Assembly (NCBI GenBank): GCA_051294905.1
Contig: CM119378.1
Location: 14,818,001 to 14,882,000, forward strand
DNA: 64,000 nucleotides
Reading direction: 5' to 3'
Origin: Botryllus schlosseri
Taxonomy: Eukaryota
Below, piece by piece: positions 1 through 14,937 of this stretch. Each line of letters opens with the position of its first letter. The first letter of the stretch is position 1. The notes below the pieces were generated by a model. The model saw only the letters and a program-made list of their open reading frames with translations, was not told the DNA's origin and made no database searches. A program made the position numbers and the translations under genes.

Positions 1-2167
1 CCAATGAATGTCAGATGGTATGCTGGTCCTACTGCCTGTGTCATAGTGGAAATTTGTTGATTCTTGTTCCGAATCTCTAACTGACACAAGTAAATTGTAC
101 CGGCCACCTTGGACGATTACGAGTGTCCCGAGTTAATTCCAGACCGTCGGTTGGTTTTGCTGAATGTCCCGCTTGCGTGTTGCTTTGAGATTGAACATTA
201 AGATTCTCTGCATACGCGAGGCTGTCTGTTGAAATCAAGTTCAAAGCTTATGTCGTCAAGCTGAAAAGTCACACGATCCTGTGTCTAGAGCAGGCCCGAG
301 ACATTGCCTGGAACGAATATTTCTGTGTCGTACGAAATATTGCCAATCTTATCTCTTTCGAAATGCGATCCACACTTCCAAAATGGAGCCGCATTCAAGC
401 GTCTCGCTACCCTTGTCAGCGTAATGGTTCAATGTGTTTGTCGCTCGCTTGATGTTTTACATTGTGTCTTTGTGTCGCGGCTTTTGCATTTGTAAGCTGT
501 ATATCTCAGATTTTCTCTCGACTCCACCAGCTTTTACAGTGTCTATTTTCCTAATTGAATCCTATGGTATTTGTAATGTTGCTTTTGCCGGCTTGTCTCT
601 TTGCAATTCGCAGCATGACACAGATTTAATTGTAATGATAGACAACGTTATTGTGCATAATATTCTATACACTGATCAATATGTTTAGGTACTGTTTCTC
701 CGCGTTTGCCAGTCGGGCGTTTTAATAAAATATTTTTATTATCAATTCCAATTTCTGTTTTCTACATTTCTTCTCCATTATGTGGTTGCCTACATTATTC
801 TTTTTATTTGTAAAATATAGGTGTATATGCCTACTTATGCATCGCCGAGTGCTGGTATGTCATGTTGTGAAGAAGATCAAATGTGGAGAGGGATTATACA
901 ATCTTGAGCGCACTGCTGGACTTATTTGAAGCGTTCGACATCTGATTTCTTGGATTAGATGGTGAGTACGTCGGCCTTGATGATATCCTTGTGAAGTGTA
1001 TTGCCTTTTAGCTATGCCTTTGTGAGTGTACTGGTGTTCCAATGTTGTCTGATTGATTGGCAAGATTGCAAAGAATGAACTGATTTATGAGTATATTTTG
1101 TCGATGGTGATGCCTTCACCAAATACGATTTGGAATTATTAGTTATTGAAAACGAATGGTAATGAAAGATCTGATTGTGTACTACTAACACTTATAAATA
1201 TAAATTAATGGTCATACTTGTCAGAACAATAGCCAAGTGGATGTCAGATTACGAAGAGCAGTTTACTAGACTCACTGTCTTGACTGTTGATGACTCTTGA
1301 TTATGTTTTGAAAGTAGGCTTCAAAAGCTGTGGGATCAGGTCGACTACCAAGAGTGCCTCAAGATATTCCTAGATTCAGTGAGAGCATTAGACTCGTTCA
1401 GCTAATGTATTTAGAAACTATAGGTACTGCTTGATGTGATGAAATTCCTAATTAATACCTTAACATTGTTCCTAAAAATGATATCTCAAATCCTATTCTT
1501 TCTGGGAATATGTTATTTTTCTCTATTTTATGTATTATGCTCTTTGTCCTAGGAATTGCCACCCTAATTGGTTGGTAGGCACTCTCCTCCAGTTTTAATG
1601 CTAGTTTCCAATGTGGAAGGCTTAAAACACTGATTGGCTGCATTGAAGCATACGAAACATAGTACAAAGCTACAAAGCTTACGTGAAATAACACATTTTC
1701 GAAGTCATAATCATCCCATAACCTTGTCACGAAGTGCAATGAAATCGGTATAGTCGAAAAAATATCAAAGCATCTTTAATGCGGTGGATAACAGGCATTA
1801 TTTTAATTGCTGTGGCATAAAAGGTACATATTTGAACTTTGACATATCACATTCTGTTATGACGTCATATAGTGTGATACTCGAATACTCGACTCGACTC
1901 GAAGCATAATACGTGATTCAGAATCGAATCACTCAGGTACTCGATTTTGCCCAGCCCTAATCCTAAATCAGTCTCCAAATTGGGTGTGTTATAACCGTAG
2001 ATTAACGTCAGGTGATTTTTTCAATATCATATCGATGGGTTCATTCGTTGAAGTATGCGTATAGTCTTCTTGGTAATTGGTTCACTGGTGCTCCCATGCT
2101 GTGCAAGTCGGCAAGTTTGTCCAGCTAATCCCTTCATCATTTGTTTTGCTGGTATAGTATTACCAAT

Positions 2168-5100
2168 ATGGTTGAAGAATCGGAAAGAAGTGAAAACTCG
2201 GTTCTCAAAAGTATACAAGAGAAAAGGAATAAGAGGAGGGAGGAAGAAAGGAATGTTGGTTGGTGAGTAAGTTAGCTACCAGTACGACCCTTTTATTACA
2301 ATACAAAAAGCTGTCCACACATTAGGTATAAGATGCAAACGAGTACCGCAGAACGCATTCATTTTGTACTTGTTTTGTTAGGTATTCTTGGCTGCTGTCC
2401 GACTATCCAGTGTTGGTGTTGTTCTTGTGCACTTGTCTCATTGCTGGCAGTGTAGCCGTTTCTGTGATTTATGTTGACCCGCCAGACTTCAGCGAACCAT
2501 CAAAAGTAAGCTGCTTGTTACTATGCTGAATCTGTGTCGCAATCAGCTTTGCATGAATGTTGGCGCTGGAGTTCGAAGATACCTCTGTACCACGTGTATG
2601 ATGTAAAAGAATAATGTACATTATGATTTTCATATGAATTGGGAGAGGAAGAAAGAGATACTTTGTTTTGGAATCGCATATATACGATTCCGGTAATTAA
2701 CATTAAGACATCAACAGAACCGCTGTCAGGTTTATCTAGGCTTGATACTGCTAATAGTACATAAAATACGAAATGAAGAACACAACTAAAAATCATAAGC
2801 GGGTCGGTTATAATGCTGTACTATTTGTATGTTTTTACTGTAGCCCACTGTCTGTATGGCACACCCTACTTTATTTTGCTAGACTTGGGTGTATTTTACA
2901 CTTATGTTTGATGAGTGTTTGACCCCAAGTTTAACAGATTTCGTAATTTCTTTACTATGTTGAAGTCTTATATTTAAAAAACTTGATTGCTTATTTAAGA
3001 TAGGGTTTCACTTGGATGTATCGTTAAAAGTCTCGCTAAATAGCACTTCAGCCGCATAGCCAATTCAGGAAACTGTATGATTGTCATTTGTTGCTTACAT
3101 TTGGATTGGATCGCAGTGCTCAGCTCAAGCCAAGATCTATTGAGGCATTCTTGGTAGTTCTGAAGAGGCACCGTTTATGTTAAAAAGTAGTTTCATTTAG
3201 TGTTTTTTATCCAGCAATTCCATCATTTCCATTGATTGCAAGGTCAAATATATCTTGCGATCAAACACAATGGAGATGAGATGAGGCAGATACACTAATT
3301 ACAAGCATTGCATAAAAAGTCACATTAACAGCCCCCACGTGAATAGTGGTAATGTGTTGATGTCGATGCTAGCTGGCCGATTCTAACCCAGCATGGGCTG
3401 TGCAAGTGCACTGTGCAGTGTGCGGGCCAGAGTAGACCTAGCAGTATTTGAGCATAATCCATATGCCGCTATCATCAAATTGAAATTTTGGTTTGGCAAC
3501 CGTGCCTACAATTCGTTAAATGTTGGTGTTGATTTCTAGCCTTGTTACATTGTCTCACTATTGGCTTAATCCCTGAGACAACCATGTTTGAATTATTCAT
3601 CGTTACGGGCGATTGCGCCAGATTTCATTTCGTCTTGTATTTGCTGCAATAAAACCCAATTTGTACTTTATCGACAAGAAATTTTGTTAATTTTTCAGTT
3701 CAGAGTTGAAATTTTAAACCCTATCCCATCAATGCTACCATAATTCAAGTTTTATGCAAATTCAACAGGAACCACGGCAAAAAAATCTTTTCAAATGGGC
3801 TGAAATTACATGTGTACATGATATCATACATATGCTAAAACTGCATTTGTTGCATGATGCAACTTGCATCAATGACATCCTGCCTGCTAATATTCACTGA
3901 ATCAAATATGATGTTACTTTTTTGCTGCAGGGATTCGAAGTGAGAGGGACGGATCTAGCAGATCGTGTCGTAACTTGGAAAAACTTGTATGATAACACCG
4001 GTTACAATCAGACACTTGCCACCTATCCTACTCTTTATGCAAAACGCCGTGTGGAAGCTCAGAGACAAATAGTACTGTCAAAGAATCGAACACACCCTTA
4101 CCGATCTATAATAGGTCTTATTTTCAACTTGTTCAGGACAAAAAGAAGCGACGTCTTGACAGAAAGAAAAATAAAAATAAACGGAAAACCAAAAACTCCC
4201 GTTCTAGACTGCGAAGGAGCGCCTTTATGCCCCGATGGAACTTCACAGAGAATGGATACTTCTGTTACAATCCAAGTGAGATAGGAACCTACCGTATGGA
4301 CTTTGCTTGATATCCAGGATCATTGTACCGCCATCAATGCAATGAAAGGCACGGTGCTTTTTATACGGTGATCATCGAACCATCAATGGTGACTAATACC
4401 ACAATAATTCCTCCCGAAAGTAGCTATGTTAATATTGAAATAACAGAGGTCTGGCTGGAAGCAAGATATGGGGAGATAATCTACACGAAATTTAACACAT
4501 GCCAAGATTGCTCACTCCTAATGGTTGTGTTTAGTTTCTGTTAATGTCTTGCCTACATCAGAAATGACTAATGTACCGTGTAGTGAATGGAAACAAGTAC
4601 TGATTGTTCATGGTTTCTTAACAAAATTCACTTTGAATTGCACCCATTGCACTTTGTGTCTATGACGTCAATGTAAGTTTTGTGATAACTAGTGGTAACG
4701 CTAGTATGCTAGACTTGGCTATTAGTAACTTAGATAGTCTGATATCAAGACTGGAGACTGTGATATTTCTGGTTGCATTTATCATTCTTGCGCCGAAAGA
4801 GATTTGCTTTTGTATACGATTACTACAGTAATCCCGGAAATTTTGGAGGTGATGTCCTTTGTTCAAGGGTTTTCAGTACGGGATTCAAGGCTGTTAACTA
4901 ATCGAGTTGAAGTATGTATTATTCAGCGGATCACTTTCAAGACTATTTGTTCACACTTCTTGTGATCCGACTTACTCGCTGAGACTATATGAAGGCCTAT
5001 GACTCTGTACCATTGTGCTAGTAATCAAACAGTGTTGAATCTTAGCATCATAGTCCGTCATAAGATATCTTACCCATGTCAGGTTAATGATTTTATAGTT

Positions 5101-8100
5101 GAAATGACAAAAATAAGGATAACAAGCAATTACGAATGCTATTCACGGTACCCAGTGCTCACAACAATGCTGGAAAGTGAATACTGGTAGCACCTTTTGT
5201 AACTAAGATCAGTACTGATATTTTCCATATTCCTGTGTACCGGTATATCGTGACTAGCTCCTAATAGATTTCCTTATATAATCTGCGATGCTCATTACTC
5301 GCTATCAGTTGCTGATGTAATTGTTGGAGTGCATGTATCGATTATTATCTTCATGCTACAATCATTCGGTGAAATGTAAACTTTTTGGGAGTTCAATGAT
5401 GTTTGATTCTCAAGCCAAATTAGATACTCGGTCATTCACATTTTAACCTGGTAGTCTGGTAATTTTATTGTATGTGTAAGTGTAATCAAATGGTCTACAA
5501 ACAACGAGCTAGGTATATTTCTATCCAAATCTCGTTCAAAGATGATCTTTCAACTTCTACTTCACGATTAGGCCTATTTCAGATCGGTAAAATGCCAATG
5601 ACTGTTTGATAATGTTTAGAGTCAAACTATGCACGATTTGTCTTGGAGTCGACACAGCAATCTTCCCTTTGGAGCGTGGAAGGCTTGAGCAGCGTGTGCC
5701 AGGCCGAAAGAGCCCTTCTGAACCACGTCACTTATTCGGATGTGTGTATCCATGCGGCAAGTCCGTCCAGTCATCCTGTTGACGTAAGATGATAATTTTG
5801 TAATCAACTTCTGTGCGAGCTATGGATTACTGTTTTTCAATTTTGGTATGAATTTGATTCTCAGTATAGTTCAATATTATATTATCAGTTTATCACTTGC
5901 ATTTTGGTAAAGGACACATACAACGATGAAATTGTTACGGTATTGTTTTTAAATGAACTAAGTGTACTCTAATTACCGGAGGGCACTCTGTTCACGATTC
6001 AAATTGAAATCACCGACAAGATAGCGTAATGGTGAAGCGTCCGGCTTCTTGATTGGTAGGTCGTGGGCTCGATCCCCGGCCGGGGCAGACCAAAGACCTG
6101 ATTAGTAACACCGGTATCCATGACTTCCCCGCTTGGCGCTCCTGCATTACTGGGATAGCATGGAGCGGGGGTGCAAGACTCAGAATGCCGTACAAGGCTA
6201 TATCTGCACCTACCTTGTCCAGCGGCATATGCGGATTATGCACTCGAGGTAGGCATATGCACAGATCGTGTATATGTCTATCATGAGTCGGTGTATATGC
6301 CGCAAAAATATCAAGGACAAAATAAACTACGAGACAAAGCCATAGCGGTATGTTGAGACATGGGTATCGGAGGGCTTTTCCATTGAAAGTCTCGTAATAT
6401 TCAAAATTTACTGTTCAAGGCACACAATAGATTATTTATCTAGTAGTGGACCAGATGTGACATTACACGACAAAATAATAATGAAACTCTTATTGTTGCT
6501 GGATCCCATAGAATATAGATAATTGGTTTTCGATGTCGTTTAAATTTGTATATGGTGTACAAATTCTTTTTAAAAGTGAAGTATTTCATGATTATTATAT
6601 TTTATTTATGATGTCGCTAGTTGATTCATCATTTGGGATGAATTGCTGGTGTAATGAGCAAGAATTGCTTGATGTCTCGTCTTGAACACAGTGTGTCTCA
6701 TCTTACTCTCATCCGGGGGTAGGTTGAGACGTTTGAGCAACGATTTTTGAGGGCCAAGAAATCCATAAGTATGTTGTTCAATATAACTCAAGACATAGTC
6801 ATAAATAGTACAGATCACAGGCTTTCCATTGGTACCAAAATTAATCCTCATAAGGCAATACTCTTAGAGTGGCGTTGAAATATCAGAAAAGTGTCTCATC
6901 TTGGCCCCCTCTCCCCTACATCTAACATCGTTGATAGACGATGGTACAGTAGGTACACATAACTTTATTGGCTACCCCAAATTTTGGGATGGCAACCCTG
7001 CATTGAACGTCCGCCTATCCCGTATCGATCCAACATGACAGTAATGGCCGGCATATTTCAGGTCGCCACCTCGTGCTGTCCGACTTTCTCCGTCTCCAAC
7101 TACGTCGCGTACCTCGCCGGCGTCTCGTCGTGCAGCGCCATCACGAGCCGCGACCTGCGCAAAGTATCTTCCCTTTTGCGCGACTGTGCGCCGTTTTACG
7201 CCAACAAGTCGCTCTCTAGCCACTGCTGGAAAAGGCGTCGCGACGAGCGTCTCGACGAAAACGACGGTTGCAAAGGCGCGCCGTCGCGTTGTGTCAAGTA
7301 TGACGCTGTCTTCTCGGTGTTCCATTATCTTGCTGATAAAGACTTTTTGACCAGCATGCTAAAAAGTGACAGTGATTTTAAATATTCTCTGCGTCACACG
7401 GCAGTTTTCCTGCCTGCTATGAAAAATAGGGGCTTGCTGGACTTGTATTACAACAATTTTCGCGATCCAACACTAATGTCTGGCACGGGATTGCGCGTAG
7501 CTGGCGTCGACTTTGGGTTAAACGACCATGTTTTCGATCGAACCCTGCAAAGTGACATGAAGTACCCATTAGCGGCGATGGCTGCTGTCATGGTGATTAT
7601 CTCGTTTTACACCAAGTCCATTTTTGTGACAGCCATGAGCGTCATAGCATCTGTCAGTTCGTTGTTCATGGCTTTTTTCTTGTACAAGGTCATTTTTGAG
7701 TTTACGCATTTTCCATTTATGAATTTGACCGCCATTATGGTTATGGTCGGGGTGGGCGCCGATAATGTGTTTGTGTACTGCAGCGCGTGGAAAACGTATA
7801 AACAGTTTGACGCCCGCGGCTCTGGGCCTTACGGTAGGAAAAACAATGGCAAGCTTGACCCCGCCAGGCTAGGCGTTGTTACCAGGATGACTTTAAAACA
7901 CGCGGCGCGCTCGATGTTCGTGACTGGCGTCACGACGGCGTCCGCATTTTTGGCGAATTACGCCAGCACAGTCACTGCTATCAAATGCTTTGGGGTATTC
8001 ACGGGACTCACCGTGCTGATGAATTTGTTCCTGTGCGTCACCTGGCTGCCCGCCGCGGTTATCGTGCACGAAAAGTACTTTTCTCAAATCTTTTTTACTA

Positions 8101-11100
8101 TGTTCAAACGCTGTGTCGCCGAAAAAGGCCGCTGTTCTTTCTTCAAATGCTGCTCCGTCTTCAAATGCCTGCAAGATTGTTCCCGGGTGTTTTTCCAAAA
8201 GATACAAATCTACATTATCGTGAAGTTACGATGGTTTTGGCTGTTTGTCGGCGCTGCGCTAGCGGCCGGTGGTTGTGTCGCGATATTCGTCCATCCCAAG
8301 CTGCGTCTGCCTTCGAAGAATTCGAAATTTCAGTACTTCAAGTCTTCCCACCACTTTGAGGCGTACGCGTTGACGCTGAGCGATCGTTTCGATTTCGAAA
8401 ACGAGGGGATCGGATACATGCCAGTTTCTGTGGTCTTTGGCATCGTGCCTATGGACAATGGGAATCCGCTGGATCCCGATAACAAAGGGAGCATCGTCTT
8501 TGACAAGCATTTCGATATGTCGCACCCACAGAGCCAGCAATGGCTGTTGGATTTTTGTGCGAAAATACGGAAGCAGCCATTTTACAAACCCCACGGGGGG
8601 GAATACGATGATTTGAAGTAAGTCGCAATCATTAATATTCGGAACGCCGAGTGTACCCACTTGTAATAGCACACCTGCACGAGCATTCATTTCATCGGTG
8701 GAAATTTTTCTCATGTTCGTTTTAATAGATGCCGTTATGTCAGACATAATGGCGCGACTCCGTCTTGTTCGTATTACGTTGCAGTCCTTGCATTCGTCAA
8801 AACTGCCGGAAAATGAGAGGTAGTCAGTATCAAATTACCTCTGTTTAGTTCCAAGCTCTCGATTGATCAGGCTTTCCTTGGTCTAATTGATTTTTGTTGT
8901 TGTTCTGCAATAGGCCTACTTATACTTGTATGTCACTTTTCAAAGCGGGGATAAAATGTTTCTGATTGTTTTTCTCCCGGTAAAGAGCAGTCGAAAAATG
9001 GATTTCTGTCATTTTTTGTGCGATGAAATGCACTGTACTGGTCACTGCAAATTGCATAAATGCATATTCTAATTTTGAAAAGTAGGCATGTCTAGGAATT
9101 ATTGGGAATGCATCTTTCGACACCAATCCAAACTTCTGAACGGCACCAACAGATTGAGCATATATCTGTTTTCTTATCGTCCGCGATTATAGATAGCGTG
9201 CATCAATTAAGCATCCCCTACACTTGGCACCTTGCTCTGACCAGATTCAAGACGAATATATTTGATACGTTGCTGCCTCGTGACATCACTTATTCATGTC
9301 TGCCTAAATGATAAATATTGCTGATTTACCGGTTGCATTATCGACTTTGTAGGATATGCTTCATTGAGCCATTCAAGGAGTGGATGACATCTGATTGCGT
9401 CACGGCAGACAACTCCGATAATTCGCCGTGTTGTAAGAAGACCAAATTTCCGTACCCGCCAATGGTTTTCGAGAAGTGTTTGAAGAGGGCTGTTTACAAA
9501 CTGTACAACACAATCAGTTTCGATCGGTTGACGCCTGGCCCAAGGTATGACGTATTTGACGACTGCAGGTCACTTGCAAAATCTTTCAGTAAAATCTGCC
9601 GCTATGTTATATTAGGGTTTTCTTAGTTTTTGACAGTGATTGAAAGAAGAATAACATATGTTTAAAAACAGACCGTTTGTTATGCAAAAATGAAAACAAT
9701 CTACAGCACAACTACCCCTGCAAGGCGATAATGCCACAGTCTACTACCTGCCATGATTAAAATGTAGCTGTAAAATGCTGTACATTCATTGGCCCTATTA
9801 TCGCGTAAGTAATTGAACTGTTGTCTTATATTCTATGTGATTTGTTACAATATTACTATTCTAGTTGTGTGGAACGTAATGTTTAGTAATAGAAGATACC
9901 AAATCATCGCAATTGCGTGTAAATAAGTTTTAGGACCCAATAAGGATGCAACGGGATGTAAGACTTGTGCGCATAAGGGGCTAAACGAAACACTACCTAA
10001 CTTATATTAATAGGATTCACACCCACTTTGATAAACCTGATCCTATTCTGTTATCAAGTGGACGGCCTTGTATAGGAAATCGTTCATATTTCACGAGAGG
10101 CAGATCGTTGCGAAAGCGATTTGAGTTTCCTGAATGGTCTGATCGGATGTTACTCTGTCATTTTGGAGTGAAAGTGCTCTAGCTGGTATCTGCACGCTAG
10201 GTTCAAGCCTCGTGTTGCGACTCTAGGATGTGTCACTACTGTCATATATTGCTATTGTCAGGATTAACTCGTATCCAGCCTGGCTTAATATTGTCGATCC
10301 CAGATCATCCATCGGTATGCTACTTTGTGTACTAGTTGTTTTATTGCACATTGAATTTAATCCAATTAGTTATGATCCGTAACTTGTGATCCATGCAATA
10401 TCAGAAAGACGTAATATTCTTTTGCATTAATCGGTAATAATACTCCGTCAGCAATATTGTGTGTGTGTCTTCGATCACCAATTTCGGATATATAGATATC
10501 AAAATGTACATCAAAATCATAAATTCGATTCTTTTTGGCGAGAAATCACCTAGGAACACGCGTTTTGGCAACCGGCCAGCATTGACTTGGCTGATGTCCA
10601 GATGCATTAATTTAATTTCATAGTTATCATTACTCCGATTTTTCTTAACTTTTCCGTTTGCACGGATAGAACCGTTGAATCTGGTTTCGCATGGATAAGG
10701 GCGACGAGTATTTGGTTATATTAAGATACCAGTCGTAAACGAGCATCTATGTTTCCCTTGATTTTTGAAACATCTAATACAGGGGTTCTTGAACTTTTTT
10801 TTTAGCGCAGACGTCATAATTAGATTCTCTATTGTGACCTGGTCTTAGAAAACTAAGGTTGGCGATGACATCGATTATAAATTAAGAACAGCCCAAATTC
10901 TGAGTAGCATACCCACAAAATTTGGCAAATTATGACTGGCTAGGCCCTATTCACTTTCACCCAGACCTAGTCAAGGCCTGATTACTAGTTGCAGTTCAGT
11001 GATTACCGATTACTGTTCCCATCTTCTCTGTGGTTATCGTGATCTCTGTGATCACTGAACTAAGACGAAATATGCGCATAAGTCGAAAATAAGAAAGATC

Positions 11101-12361
11101 TTACAAATAAGGACAATGTACTTTATAGTTATAGTTTCAGCATTTTCCTTCTGCGGACCTTAAAACTAGTCCACAGATCCCAGTTTAATAGCACTTGATC
11201 AAAAGAAAGACTAGTATCTGCGCAGAGAGAATAGAATGGTTTTTTGGAGCGTGTGATCGAGTTGCATCTAGCATCGTCTTCACGTAGTTTTCTGTGCACT
11301 CTGGCTCCTGTTGACGCGGAGATCGTCATGATCTTATCACAGGGTACCAGTCAATACCGATAAAACCACTGTTTTGTACCGCATATTGCACACATTTTTT
11401 GGCCTCATCTGTTGACGAAATGAATCTCTCTCTATACTCCTGATACCACTGTAACATAAGGCCGACTATCGTTATTTACGTATCGGCATTTTACCACAGA
11501 TTCGACGAGAATGACACTTTGCGAGCGGTCATCATAGAGTTCCAAAGCGTGCAGCCCTACACGTCGTCCTACCAGGACGTGGACGCCTTCTACAAGGACA
11601 TTAAAACCTGGATTAAGAACGAAAGCGACCACGCGCCCGAGGGCCTGCGACACAACGCCTGGCTCCGCAGCGAGTTGGAGTTCTACTCCTTACAGCTGGG
11701 ACTCTACCAGGGCACTGTGACCGCAATCGGATTGTCCATGGGCGTTGTGTGCGTGACACTGATAGTAACGACGTGTAGTCTTACAGTGACTATTCTTGCG
11801 AATGTTACCATCGCGTCTACCATTTTCATGACGGTGGGCGTGCTAGTGCTGTGCGGATGGGAGTTGAACATTCTGGAGTCTATAACAGTGTCGATAGCTA
11901 TTGGTTTGAGTGTTGATTTCACGGTGCATTACGCGGTGGCTTATTTGTTAGCGCCGGCTATGGGTAGGACTGAAAAAGTGGAACACTCTGCCAGCTCGAT
12001 GGGACCTGCCATCGCTCTGGCGGCCCTGACCACTTTTATAGCTGGGCTGTGCATGCTGCCCGCTCAAGTGAGCGCGTATTACAAGTTCGGGGTGTTTCTA
12101 ATGCTGATCATGACCACGAGTTGGTTCTACGGGACGTACTTTTTTCAGTCGCTTTGCTGCGTGCTCGGTCCCAGGGGTACGCCGAAACGCTGCTGCGATT
12201 GTAGCGGCAGTAGCAACGCGGATGACCGATGCTCGCGTAGCTTGTCGACTGCGGCCAGCAAAAGCAGTAAGACGTGCGGCGAAGGTAAGGTTGCCTCGTC
12301 GGAAAGTCAATCCGCAGCTATGATGGAGATGTCGTCATGTACGTCTGCAGCCGGCGACTGA
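2168..12361 (+). CDS. DISP1: Dispatched (RND/sterol-sensing-domain Hedgehog exporter), 8 coding exons: 2168-2262, 2382-2505, 3931-4071, 4137-4275, 5620-5783, 7062-8617, 9353-9544, 11500-12361 (~1090 aa)
   Basis: All introns are GT-AG and phases are consistent. The translation shows Dispatched motifs: YSWLLSDYPVLVL..PPDFSEP/GFEVRGT..VTWKNL..NTGY, WNF...YFC, SCCPTFSVSNY, SSD with HFPFMNL and GVGADNVFV, AIKCFGVF, GPRFD..LRAVIIEF, GWELNILES..IGLSVDF.VHY. The start codon at 2168 is the best candidate but is not proven. Confidence 0.92.
6013..6200 (+). mobile_element. tRNA-derived SINE, family A
   Basis: A-box-like TAGCGTAATGG and B-box-like GCTCGATCC, followed by CAGACCAAAGAC..GGTATCC. Similar to 26047-26298. 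Confidence 0.75.
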
Positions 12362-14937
12362 TATTATGGTTGGGCCAACCGGTGAATTCAGCACGTGGTG
12401 GCCCATAATCCTACTCCAAGACTACCCCTAACCCGAATATATTAAAACATATATACCAAGTAACCATTGCGGAATTGACCAAGTGCCGAAATTCTCAGTT
12501 CACGCTCATGTTCGGTGAAACATTAATTTTTGAATTTATTAATACGATATTGATGACTCTCTTCATGGCGCTGTGGTGATTACAAGTCTGTGATGACGTC
12601 TCCGAGGCATGTGGGCGATTAGCTCACTGTCGACTGCAATGTATTGAAATTGATTCCAAATAATAATAGGATTGTGAAGAGGTAGTGTCTGGAAATTCCA
12701 CTTAGAATTGGAGTCACGGATAATGCTTGCACCCCTCCCTTTTCTGCGAGTTTGGAAAATTTTATACAATAATATTACCGTACTCTTGTGTTGATGTCAT
12801 GCTTCTGTTGATTCAATTACCGATGTGACGCTTTTCAAAATATTGGACTGTTACCTTTCTCTTTTCGTATGCACGATTTCTCGTCTTTCTAATGGGCAGC
12901 TACAAAGCGATCGACTTAAAGAAGTGTGCTAATATTCTTATAGCGTGTTATGAATAATTTCAATCACTTGTATATTCTGCCAAAGCTAGGATCACAACCA
13001 TACCATCGCACTGGATACTTGCCATGCGTAATATTTTCCCTGAACAGCTTCATGTTTCTTTCTTGGTTATGTTGATCTGCAGTTAGGCTCGCTCATGTGT
13101 GAAATAAACTGTTTTACATGTAGTCCTTGGCTTATTGGAAACAACATCTCAGTCTTTTTTTATTTTACGAGATATTAGAATGTTGTGTCGTGTGCAAAGG
13201 AAATCTTTTTCTTGTAGAGTTTGGTGCTGAATTCGATAAGAGTCTGTATTTGAGTAATTTGTAGACTTATTTTGTTTGAAATCTTTCATCCGATATTTCT
13301 GGGGCCTTGAAAGCGTAATGGGTATTGGGTAAAGATCTTTTGTGGAAGTTTGCCTTGACCGAATTTTATCATATGTTTCACAATGCACAATATTATGGTT
13401 TTTACTGCAAACTGCTTTTTATATGTTTTACCTTATCTTATCACGAGCTGCTATGTTGTGATGCTTGCAATTTTTCCATTCAATTGTACCGAATTTCAAC
13501 AGCTGTATTTATATTGTTATTTCAATGGTGCCAGTGTATAGTTCCTGTTTTGTCTGCAAATTTTCAGAAGTGTTCAAAATAGTCACTGATCGTTCTGGAG
13601 CAGTAGTAATAATGCTTTGAAATTTGTACTCTGTAGAAAAAATGTTTCATGTGACCATGTCCCAGATATATCCTTGCTGGCAACTCAGAATAACTTATGA
13701 ACTGCAGAATGGTCACTGTGACTTGAGCACAATTGGAAATATTACTTTGCTCCAAATCCATCCAAGTATTTGAGCACTGAAAATAGTTACATCTTACATG
13801 TACTCTTTTTATGACTGCTCTGTGGTCGTTTTGTACCATGTGTAATGTGTAGGGCTTCACTCGGCTATACAGTAAAAATTGATTTCTTCTTTGTTATTGA
13901 CTCTATCTATAAATGTAAAATTGTTTGCCAAATCCGAAAGGTGATTGTTCTGCGTAGCACCATTTTTGTGTTCATCAAGTATTACAAGCTTTGAATTTTT
14001 GCAATATTTTTCACTTTCATAATTATCTACCTTTTTTTCATCTACAGAAATTTATTTATTGTAGGCTACAATGACTGGTTGATGTGAGAAATGAAGAAAG
14101 TTACTTTTGTCACAAATGGGAAGTGCGATACGCTGTGCACTTGGAATTACGGATGCCACACCACTAGTACATTTTTTGGGAAATACAACCAAACGAGCTT
14201 AGTCGATGTCAAATTTCAACTCATCAATATTGCTTCTCGTAGCATTAATGTAGGTCAGGGTTCACCAACACGCGGCCCTCTAGGTCATATTTTGCGGCCC
14301 GCGACATGATTTGAAATTTCGTAAGAACGCATATTTAAGCATTTTGAATGATGAAATTGATGGCAGTTTGAAAATATTGTGGTTGTTGGTTGCCGAACAT
14401 CACTATTCCTCACTAGCTGATACGGCTTCGGCGAAGATAATACCGGTAGCATTTCATTATGGGAGAATTTGTTGACGTGAATGGGCATATGGAGCCATTA
14501 AAATTTTCACATATTTTTTGACAAAATTCTCCATCCGATTCTCCTTCAGCTATTCTCGATTGTTGTATGTCGTACGAAATCGTACGTTAATGATGAGTCT
14601 CGCCATGACCATCACCAATTTGAGATCATTTGCCTCGCAGTGGTAATGAAAAGCCGACCCGCAGCCCACGATCTCCTTGCATTATCTATGTTCATCCTGA
14701 TTGCCAGAAAGGTTGCACACGTGCAACATGTAGATAATATCAGTGTACCGGTCATACTCTACATCACCTTAGGAACACATCGCATTCATTCCCTACCCCG
14801 ATCCGATATAGATTGCACAACTAACCTTCGCCACTCGTGTTACATAACTTTATCCTCCGATTGACGATCCGTTTTTAGATATCTAGACGATAAAAAGTGG
14901 CACAGATACACCGATTAGGTCACTAGGACAGCTGGCG

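Noticed and set aside
5757-5762. GC-AG donor (GCAAGT) for Dispatched exon 5
   Set aside because: An in-frame canonical GTAAGA donor after 5783 gives the same phase, so no non-canonical site is needed
6972-12310. Antisense and alternate-frame ORFs over Dispatched, VPS28 and Pumilio exons
   Set aside because: These are shadow ORFs of GC-rich coding sequence
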